Assembly: GCA_025934395.1 (NCBI GenBank)
Contig: JAICYC010000002.1
Location: 8,420-72,419 of the forward strand
Length of the DNA stretch: 64,000 bases
Origin: Solirubrobacteraceae bacterium
GTDB lineage: Bacteria > Actinomycetota > Thermoleophilia > Solirubrobacterales > Solirubrobacteraceae
Direction: 5' to 3'
A program made the position numbers and the translations under genes. The notes beneath the pieces were generated by a model. It was given only the letters and a program-made list of their open reading frames with translations. It was not told the DNA's origin and did no database searches. This document shows positions 35,618 to 42,945 of the stretch, one piece after another. How positions within the stretch are numbered: position 1 is the first letter of the stretch; the number at the start of each line of letters is the position of its first letter.

Positions 35618-37525
35618 TCAGACAGGTGCCGCCACGGGCCGCGCCTCGGTGCGGTTGCTGTCGGTCTCGATGATCACGCGGCACGGCCGCTTGCCGAGCA
35701 GATACGTGGCCGTCGGCCCGATCCCCCGCTCTCCCGCGGAGGCGTGGATGGTGGACCAGTAGATGATCTCCGCCCGCGCGGTGCGCGCCTCCTCGACGAG
35801 TGCTGCGCCGGGGTTGCGGGTACGGATCAGGTCGGTGTGGATCCGGATGCCCGCGCGTTTGGCCTGGATACGGGCGCTCTCCAGCACGGACCGCCCCTGG
35901 GCCTCCTGCTCCTCGAGGCCCGCGTCGAGCGACAGCTGGCTCGGCACGGGCAGCACGTAGACCGCGTACACCAGCCCGTCTTCGCCGATCAGCTTGGAGG
36001 CGCGGGAGAGCGCCTCGGCGCTCACGTCGTCGCCGAAGATCGGGACGAGCGCGGTGCCGTATTCGAGCGCATGGAAATGCTCGGGACGCTGCGCCCGCTC
36101 GAGCTTGGTGGTCGTGCGAAGGTCCAGTCCCTGCGAGCGGCGGTAGACGATGTAGACCACGATCCCCAGCGCGAGCCAGAACACACCGGCCGAGGCGACG
36201 TCGACGTGCAGCGCGGTGACAGCCAGGAACGCGACGCCCGTGCCGACGACGCCGAGCAGCGCGAACAGGGGTAGCTCGTGTCCGCGCCATCGCAGGGTTC
36301 CCGGACCCCGGTACGGGCGTTGTTGCTCGGGCTGGGTGATGCGCAATCGGATCACCGCGAGGTGCGCGATCGTGAACGACAGCATCGCGCCGAACGCGTA
36401 CATGTTCCCCAGGAACGTGGCCTTGCCCGGGATGATCGTCAGACAGGCGATGCCGCCGAAGGTCAGGATCCCGATCCACGGCGTGCTGAAGCGAGGATGC
36501 AGCCGGCTGAGCGCGCCGGGGAGCTGCCGGTGCAGGCCCATCGAGTAGACGAGCCGCGACACGCCGATGATCCCCGCGTTGGCGGCGATGAACAGGATGG
36601 TGGCGGCGAGCAGCCCGACGTAGACCTCGCCGGCGCCCTGCAACGGGCCGAGGTGCAGGTGCTTGACGATCCCGAGCACGGGGTCTCCCGCGTAGCCGCC
36701 GTGGGACTCTTCGGTGCCGAGCAGCGTCGTGTACCTGCCGTTGGCCCCGCGCGTCACGGGCAGCGAGGAGAGGGCGACCATCGGCAGCAGCGCGTAGATC
36801 GCGAACACCGCGATCACCACGTAGCGGATCGAGCGTGGCACGGTGCGCGTCTCGTCGCGTGCCTCCTCGGCCATGTTGGAGATCGTCTCGATCCCCGTGT
36901 AGGCGATCATCCCGATCGGGATCGCGATCAGGAAGTCCTTCCACGTCGGTGCGGCGCCCAGGTGCACGTTGTCGACGAGCACGTGCGGCGAGAGCACCAG
37001 GAAGATGCCGAGCCCGACGAGCAACAGCTGCGTGGCGAAGTCGGTGACCGCCAGCACGACGTTCAGCGCGGCGGCCTCTTTGACGCCGACGACGTTGATC
37101 ATCGAGAGGATCACGACGATCCCCGCGCCGAACAGCACGTCGCCGGGGCCGTGCTGGAGGGCGGGCCAGAACAGCCCGCCGAGGTAGTGCGGCACGAAGA
37201 ACGCGGAGATCGCGACCGTGATCGTGTAGTTGAGCATCTGCGCCCAACCCGCGAAGAACGACCAGAACTCGTTGAACGCATGGCGCGCGAAGCTGGAGGA
37301 CCCGCCCGCCTCGGGGTACATCGCGGTGGCCTCGGCGTACGTGGCGGCGGTCAGGTAGAAGATGCCGCCGGTGATCAGGAAGACGATCGGGGTCAGCCCG
37401 AGCGCGTAGGAGGCGACCAGCCCGAGGGCGTAGTAGATCGAGGAGCCGACGTTTCCGTACGCCGTGGCGAACAGCCCCGACACGCCCACCGTGCGGCGCA
37501 ATCCATGCTGGGTGAGGCGAGCCAT
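35618..37525 (-). CDS. APC-superfamily transporter with a C-terminal Usp domain, paralog 2
   Basis: 635 aa. Collinear with and visibly alignable to paralog 1 over nearly the full length (MARL(S/T)..GLR..VG..G(M/L)FATAYGNVGSSIYYALGLVA...). Confidence 0.85.
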   Translation of the reverse strand: MARLTQHGLRRTVGVSGLFATAYGNVGSSIYYALGLVASYALGLTPIVFLITGGIFYLTAATYAEATAMYPEAGGSSSFARHAFNEFWSFFAGWAQMLNYTITVAISAFFVPHYLGGLFWPALQHGPGDVLFGAGIVVILSMINVVGVKEAAALNVVLAVTDFATQLLLVGLGIFLVLSPHVLVDNVHLGAAPTWKDFLIAIPIGMIAYTGIETISNMAEEARDETRTVPRSIRYVVIAVFAIYALLPMVALSSLPVTRGANGRYTTLLGTEESHGGYAGDPVLGIVKHLHLGPLQGAGEVYVGLLAATILFIAANAGIIGVSRLVYSMGLHRQLPGALSRLHPRFSTPWIGILTFGGIACLTIIPGKATFLGNMYAFGAMLSFTIAHLAVIRLRITQPEQQRPYRGPGTLRWRGHELPLFALLGVVGTGVAFLAVTALHVDVASAGVFWLALGIVVYIVYRRSQGLDLRTTTKLERAQRPEHFHALEYGTALVPIFGDDVSAEALSRASKLIGEDGLVYAVYVLPVPSQLSLDAGLEEQEAQGRSVLESARIQAKRAGIRIHTDLIRTRNPGAALVEEARTARAEIIYWSTIHASAGERGIGPTATYLLGKRPCRVIIETDSNRTEARPVAAPV

Positions 37526-37641
37526 CGCGCGGAGGGTACACGGCGCGGTGCATGCAAAATCCCATTCAGGGCAGTCGCCCGTGAAGGATCGAGCCGTATG
37601 ATCCCGACGACCTGGATTGCCAGGGGGGACATTCAGACGCT

Positions 37642-38118
37642 ATGGAAACGGCGCGACGTGAAAACTACGACTCAGGTGAGGACTTCGTTCTCGAATACGG
37701 GGAGCTGCGCTTCACGTTCAACGAGAACGACTTCTCCGAACGCTGCGAGCAGGCCGCGCTGAAGCTCGGGTTCGTCGGCGGCCGCCTCGGCGAGGAGGAG
37801 CTGGAAGACCTCGTGAATCTCGCTGTGAACGGCGAGATCATCGACCCCGCTTCGGGGCTCGGCGAACACGTCAACGACTGCTGGCCCGAGCTGATCGGCC
37901 CGGCGGAGCGCTCGCTCGTCCACTGGTTGAGGCGCCTCGTGTTCCGCGGCGCCTGGCTCGACCAGCGCGTCAAGGAGGGCGAGCTGAGCGTCACATTCGA
38001 CGAACGCACGGGCAGCTTCGCCTACATCCAGCCCGCCCACTCCGGGGCGAGCGGCCAGGGCGAGCCGATCGAGCTCGCGCCCGAGCCGAGCTGGAACCGC
38101 GTCGCCTACCGGCGCTGA
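37642..38118 (+). CDS. hypothetical acidic protein, no family recognised
   Basis: 158-aa ORF with non-artefactual composition (E/D/L/F-rich, not R/A/P-rich). It sits in a locally less GC-rich patch. I recognise no motif. Confidence 0.5.
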   Translation: METARRENYDSGEDFVLEYGELRFTFNENDFSERCEQAALKLGFVGGRLGEEELEDLVNLAVNGEIIDPASGLGEHVNDCWPELIGPAERSLVHWLRRLVFRGAWLDQRVKEGELSVTFDERTGSFAYIQPAHSGASGQGEPIELAPEPSWNRVAYRR

Positions 38119-38187
38119 GCAGGGCGCGCTGCCCGGCGGAGTCCTGGCGGTGACTCACACGCGCTTTGCGAGCTCGGCGACGTCGCT

Positions 38188-38715
38188 TCAGACATAGCGA
38201 AGCTTGGCCGGCGTCCCGTTGAGCCGCCCGGGGACGCCTCCGGGTGGCGTGACCGGTGCACGCTCCACACGCAGGCCCCCGCGGGCGCCGTAGAACGGCT
38301 GGGCGCCCACGTTCTGCTCGAGCACCCAGCGGTACAGGCCGGTGGCCGGCGTCCGCTCGCTGACGGCGGCGGCCACGCGCGCGAGCAGCTGCGTGCCGAT
38401 CCCCTCGCGCCTGCTGGCGAGGCGGACGTGCATGTTGTCGAGCAACGCACCCCACCGGGCGTCCTCCTCGAAGTAGGCGTTGGCGAATCCGGCGAGCGCG
38501 TGGTCCTCGTCCTCGGCGAGGACGGTGCAGCGACGCGGCTCGCTCTCGGCGAGCCGCGTCGTCCAGACCGCCAGACGGTCCGTCTCGACGTCGCCGTCCA
38601 GGAAGGCGTCCGAGTAGGCGCCGCGGTAGTGGCGGCGCCAGGAGTCGGCGTGCAGCGCAGCGACAGCGGGCGCGTCGGCGGGCTTCGCCTGACGAAAGCG
38701 AACATCCCCGCGCAG
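38188..38715 (-). CDS. GNAT family N-acetyltransferase; start codon unresolved (possible CTG start, or frameshift/pseudogene)
   Basis: The track shows only the last 85 aa (TTG at 38445). Reading the same frame upstream without a stop gives LRGDVRFRQAKPADAPAVAALHADSWRRHYRGAYSDAFLDGDVETDRLAVWTTRLAESEPRRCTVLAEDEDHALAGFANAYFEEDARWGA-LLDNMHVRLASRREGIGTQLL, a complete GNAT fold. There is no in-frame ATG/GTG/TTG before 38445. An ATG at 38705 is in another frame. Confidence 0.6.
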   Translation of the reverse strand: MRGDVRFRQAKPADAPAVAALHADSWRRHYRGAYSDAFLDGDVETDRLAVWTTRLAESEPRRCTVLAEDEDHALAGFANAYFEEDARWGALLDNMHVRLASRREGIGTQLLARVAAAVSERTPATGLYRWVLEQNVGAQPFYGARGGLRVERAPVTPPGGVPGRLNGTPAKLRYV

Positions 38716-38720
38716 AACGC

Positions 38721-40112
38721 TCAGTCGGCTGCCTCCAGCGCGGACGCGCGGGCCTGCGCGATCGCGCGGGCGCCGTCCTCGCCGACGAGCAGCTCGGCGC
38801 GCAGGGTGCCGCCGGCGAGCAGGTCGAGGATCGGCTCACGGCCGGTCGACGCGAGCGCGGGGTCCAGCGCGATCACCGTGGTCTCGCCTCCCACGGGCGC
38901 GGACGCTGTTGCGATCACCGTGAGCGAGCCGCCCTCGCGCAGGTTGCGGGCGGCGGCGAGCACCTTGCGCGCGGCGCCGGCGCCGAGGGCGTCGAGGCTG
39001 TCGATCAGCACAACGGCGTTCGAGCCGCGCGCGGCGAGCCGCTTGGCCGACTCGACCGCGCGCTCGACGGCCTGGCCCTGGGCGTCGCCCGAGGCGGCGA
39101 AGCTGAGGGCGGCTGCGGGCGCCGGCGTGGCCTCGGCCCATTCGGCGATCTCCTCGGGCCGGGCGCCGGCGAGCACGATGCTGAGCTCGAGGTCCTCGCG
39201 GTCGCGCAGGGCGGCTACGAGCGCACGCAGCGTCTCGGTCTTGCCCGCGCCGCGCGGGCCGACGATCGTGGCGCGCGAGCCGAGGCCGAGCGGCGTGAGC
39301 CACTCGATCGCCTCCAGCGTGGGGTTGCCCGCCCGCGCCCCCTGCGGCGATCCGAGCGCGAGACGCTCGGTGGGCCATGCCACCGGGAGGTCCTCGTAGC
39401 GCGAGCCGTCGGAGACGCTGTCAGCGGACTGGTCGTTGATCGTGTCGATGCGGACGAGCGAGGGGTAGCGCTCGGAGCGCCGCGGCGTGCGGACGGGCCC
39501 GGTGACGCGATCGCCGCTGACGAGCTCGCAGCGGCGCACCTGGGCTGCGGAGATGTAGACGTCCTCGTCGGAGGCCTCCGGCGGATCGACGCGCAGGAAC
39601 GCAGACCCGTTGCCGAGCACCTCGACGACGCCCTCGGCGACGCGCTGGTCCTCGCCCTCGCCGGGGCGTCCCCGGCCGCCGCGCTCGCCCGCCTGACCCT
39701 GTTTGGCCGAGCTGCCCGAGCGAGCGCGCGAGCGGCCGCCGCGCCTGCGCCCCTGGCTGGGCTCGGCGTCGTCGTCCTCCTCGCCGTCGCGTTGCGGCGC
39801 GTCACCATCCTGGTGGGAGGACGCCGCGGCGGGCGCCTCCTCGGCGGAGGCATCGTCATCGGCCTCGCCCCGTCCTCCGCGTCGCGGCCGGCGACGGCGC
39901 AGCCGGGTGCGGCGTTCGCTGCCGTCCTCCTCGGCGGCGTCGTCGGCGTCGCCGTCGGAGGCGGCCTCCAAGGACGGCTCTCCGAGGATCGCGTCGATGA
40001 GGTCGGCCTTGCGCAGGCGCCGGAACCCCTCCATGCCGATCTGGTCGGCGATCGCGTGGAGGTCTGCGAGCGGGCTCGCCTCGAGCTCGCTGCGGTCGAG
40101 TGCTGCTGGCAT
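38721..40112 (-). CDS. rho: transcription termination factor Rho homologue with a divergent, shortened ATPase half
   Basis: Start at ATG 40112, preceded by AAGGAG. 463 aa. Rho_N (LADLHAIADQIGMEGFRRLRKADLIDAIL), R/G/D/E-rich insert, CSD-like RNA-binding domain (GVVEVLGNGSAFLRV...YISAAQVRRCELVSGDRVTG), P-loop GPRGAGKT, LIDS, GGSLTVIATA. Confidence 0.8.
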   Translation of the reverse strand: MPAALDRSELEASPLADLHAIADQIGMEGFRRLRKADLIDAILGEPSLEAASDGDADDAAEEDGSERRTRLRRRRPRRGGRGEADDDASAEEAPAAASSHQDGDAPQRDGEEDDDAEPSQGRRRGGRSRARSGSSAKQGQAGERGGRGRPGEGEDQRVAEGVVEVLGNGSAFLRVDPPEASDEDVYISAAQVRRCELVSGDRVTGPVRTPRRSERYPSLVRIDTINDQSADSVSDGSRYEDLPVAWPTERLALGSPQGARAGNPTLEAIEWLTPLGLGSRATIVGPRGAGKTETLRALVAALRDREDLELSIVLAGARPEEIAEWAEATPAPAAALSFAASGDAQGQAVERAVESAKRLAARGSNAVVLIDSLDALGAGAARKVLAAARNLREGGSLTVIATASAPVGGETTVIALDPALASTGREPILDLLAGGTLRAELLVGEDGARAIAQARASALEAAD

Positions 40113-40206
40113 GGGTGACTCCTTCTGGGGCTTGGGTGGTTGGCGTCCCGCCGCGTTGGACAGCGGTACCGGAGCGGCACAGGCGGGCACCCGGAACGCG
40201 CTCAGC

Positions 40207-41106
40207 CTAGCGTGTGTGGCGGAGGCCCTCTGAGAGACGCAGGTCGCGCTCGACGGCGGCGCCGCCGTCCAGCGCGGAGCGCACGGCGAGGAAGTCGGCC
40301 GCGGCGGCGACGTCGTGGAGCCTGAAGATGTGCGCGCCGTGCTCGACTCCGAACGCGAGCGCGGCGAGCGTGCCCGCAAGCCGGTCGCGCGGGCCGCGCC
40401 CCGTGAGCGCGCCGATGAAGTCCTTGCGCGAGACGGCGAGCAGCAGCGGTCGTCCGAGATCGTGCAGGGCATCGACCCCGGCTAGCAGCTCGATCGTCTG
40501 GGCGGGAGTCTTGGCGAAGTCGGGGCCGGGATCCAGGATCAGCTGCTCGGGCGCGAGCCCGTGCGCGCATGCGAGCTCGATCCGCCCGGCGAGGAACTCG
40601 CGCACCTCCCCCACCACGTCGTTGTAGAGGTCGGGATCCTGGCGCCGTTCGCGCGGCGCCGCGGCGGTGTGCATGAGCACGAGCGCGGCGCCGGTCTGCG
40701 CGCACACCTCGGCGAGCTCGGGGTCGCGCAGCCCGCTGACGTCGTTGACGATCGCTGCGCCCGCATCGATCGCTGCGCGCGCGACGCCGGGCTTGTAGGT
40801 GTCGATCGAGACGAGCGCGCCGAGCTCCCCCGCGACGCGCTCGACGAGCGGCACCACGCGCTCGATCTCCTCCTCGGCGCCCACCGGCGGCAGGTCGGTG
40901 CGGGCCGACTCGCCGCCGACGTCGATCACGTCCGCGCCAGCGCCGAGCAGCTCCCGCGCGAGCTCGACACGCTGCTGCAGCGACGCGCGCTCGCCGCCGT
41001 CGCTGAACGAGTCGGGGGTGGCGTTGACGATCCCCATCAGCCACGGGTGCTCGCCGAGCGTGAGCGTGCGCCCGCGGGCGCGGAGCTCCCGCACGGGCGC
41101 GCTCAC
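40207..41106 (-). CDS. folP: dihydropteroate synthase
   Basis: Start chosen at GTG 41106 (GTGA overlap with the glpD stop). GIVNATPDSFSDGG, DVGGES, NDVSG. Confidence 0.9.
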   Translation of the reverse strand: MSAPVRELRARGRTLTLGEHPWLMGIVNATPDSFSDGGERASLQQRVELARELLGAGADVIDVGGESARTDLPPVGAEEEIERVVPLVERVAGELGALVSIDTYKPGVARAAIDAGAAIVNDVSGLRDPELAEVCAQTGAALVLMHTAAAPRERRQDPDLYNDVVGEVREFLAGRIELACAHGLAPEQLILDPGPDFAKTPAQTIELLAGVDALHDLGRPLLLAVSRKDFIGALTGRGPRDRLAGTLAALAFGVEHGAHIFRLHDVAAAADFLAVRSALDGGAAVERDLRLSEGLRHTR

Positions 41107-42896
41107 GCTGCCGGCTCGGGCGCCCGCGAGGCGTCCATGGCGGGGGCACCGAGCAGCCCCTCCGCGTCGGCCTCGGCGGCGAACCGCTCGAGCTCGACTG
41201 CGGTGCGGGCGGCGTCCCATCCCAGCTCGCGCGCGAGGGTGTGGGCGACCCGTTCGACAGCGTCCGGCGCGGAGCCGGCGCCCGCGTCGAGGCCGTCGGT
41301 GAGCGCGCGCGCCCGCAGCAGGCCGAGCCGGGTGCGGCGCAGGAGCACGTCGCCGATGCTCCGCGCCTGCTCACGGCGCGCTGCGAGCGCCACCTCGGCG
41401 AGCAGGTCGGGGGCGCCGGGCACGATCGGCTGGGCGAGCTCACCACGCTCACGCGCGAGCGCGAGCACATCCTGGGCGGCGTGGCCGTAGCGCGCAGCGA
41501 GCGCGGCGTACGCGTCGGGCGCGACGCCCTCCACACGCGGCAGCTCCTCGACGGAGACGGGCTCGCCGAGCGGGATTTCGTGGGTCCGGCACGGCGCCTC
41601 GCGCGCGTCGCGCTCGACGATCCGGTCGACGGTCATCTTGGCCATTCGCCGGAACGTGGTGAGCTTGCCGCCCGTGATCGTGATCATCCCCGAGGAGGTC
41701 TCGTACAGCTCGGCCTTGCGCGAGATGTCGACGGACTTCTTCGGGTCGCCGGTGGAGATCAGCGGCCGCACGCCCGCGTACGCGCCCGTGAGCTGATCGG
41801 TTCCCAGCGCGGTGCCGAAGAACTCGTTGACGGCATCGAGCAGGTAGCCCACGTCCTCCTCGGAGGGACGGATGTGGTCGAGCGGGCCCTCGTAGTCGTT
41901 GTCGGTGGTGCCCACGAGCGCGTGCCCGAGCCATGGCAGCGCGAAGATCGAGCGACCCGAGCCCGCGGGGACGATCGCACCGCCGACGAGCGGCAGCTGC
42001 TCGTGGGGGATCGTCACGTGCGTGCCGCGGCTCGGGCGGATCCGTGGCAGCTCGGCCTCGTCGTGGAGCTCCTGCGGGCGCAGCTCGTCCGCCCACACGC
42101 CGGTTGCGTTGACGACGTTGGCAGCGCGGACCTCGATCAGGGCGCCGCTCTCGGCGTCCCGCGCCTGCACGCCGCGGGCGGTCCCGTCGGCCTCGAGCAG
42201 CCCCACGACGTCGACGCGGTTCGCGCACACCGCGCCGAACCGCTCGGCCTCGCCGAGCACCGTCAGCACGAGTCGGGCGTCGTCGGTCTGGCAGTCGTAG
42301 AAGAGGTAGCCGCTGGTGGGCTCGCGCGGCGCGAGCGCGGGGAGCAGCTCGAGCACCTCCTCCCCGCTGATCACGCGATGGCGCTCGGGGCTCCAGGACT
42401 CGCTCGCCTCGCCGGCGCCGTTGGCGGCGGGCGGCTCGGCCGCGTCGCGCTCCTTCTGCGCGGCGCGCCCGCCCGTGCCCTTCGGGTTGCGGCGTCCACG
42501 CCGCGCGCGGCGCCCGCGCTCGACGGACATCACGTCGTAGAGGTTCAGGCCCACTCCCACGAGCCGGTCGGGGCGCGCGCCGTCGAAGGCGGGCACGACG
42601 AGCGGCAGCGGGCGCACGAGGTGCGGCGCCAGCGAGACGAGCAGCCGGCGCTCCAGCAGCGCCTCGCGCACGAGCCCGAGGTCGAAGTTCTGCAGGTAGC
42701 GCAGCCCGCCGTGCACGAGCTTGCTCGACCGGCTGGAGGTGCCCGACGCGAAGTCCGCGCGCTCCAGGAGCGCCACGCTGTAGCCGCGCGATGCGGCGTC
42801 GAGGGCGACCCCCGCACCGGTGATCCCGCCGCCGACGACCAGCACGTCGAACTCGTCGCGCTCCAGGGCGGCCAGCGCCTGGCTACGTTCGATCAC
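41103..42896 (-). CDS. glpD: FAD-dependent glycerol-3-phosphate dehydrogenase
   Basis: 597 aa. DVLVVGGGITGAGVALDAASRG, SSRSSKLVHGGLRYL. Contains a basic/low-complexity insert (RRARRGRRNPKGTGGRAAQKERDAAEPP...). Confidence 0.9.
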   Translation of the reverse strand: MIERSQALAALERDEFDVLVVGGGITGAGVALDAASRGYSVALLERADFASGTSSRSSKLVHGGLRYLQNFDLGLVREALLERRLLVSLAPHLVRPLPLVVPAFDGARPDRLVGVGLNLYDVMSVERGRRARRGRRNPKGTGGRAAQKERDAAEPPAANGAGEASESWSPERHRVISGEEVLELLPALAPREPTSGYLFYDCQTDDARLVLTVLGEAERFGAVCANRVDVVGLLEADGTARGVQARDAESGALIEVRAANVVNATGVWADELRPQELHDEAELPRIRPSRGTHVTIPHEQLPLVGGAIVPAGSGRSIFALPWLGHALVGTTDNDYEGPLDHIRPSEEDVGYLLDAVNEFFGTALGTDQLTGAYAGVRPLISTGDPKKSVDISRKAELYETSSGMITITGGKLTTFRRMAKMTVDRIVERDAREAPCRTHEIPLGEPVSVEELPRVEGVAPDAYAALAARYGHAAQDVLALARERGELAQPIVPGAPDLLAEVALAARREQARSIGDVLLRRTRLGLLRARALTDGLDAGAGSAPDAVERVAHTLARELGWDAARTAVELERFAAEADAEGLLGAPAMDASRAPEPAA

Positions 42897-42945
42897 GCGT
42901 GGAGTTTCGCAGAGGCGCCAGCGCGCCCCGCGCTCGCCACCGGCG

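Noticed and set aside
38106-38705. 199-aa minus-strand ORF starting at ATG 38705
   Set aside because: Its translation is S/T/P/R-rich noise. The overlapping frame encodes a complete GNAT fold, so the ATG is most likely out of frame relative to the real gene (see the finding on the missing start codon).
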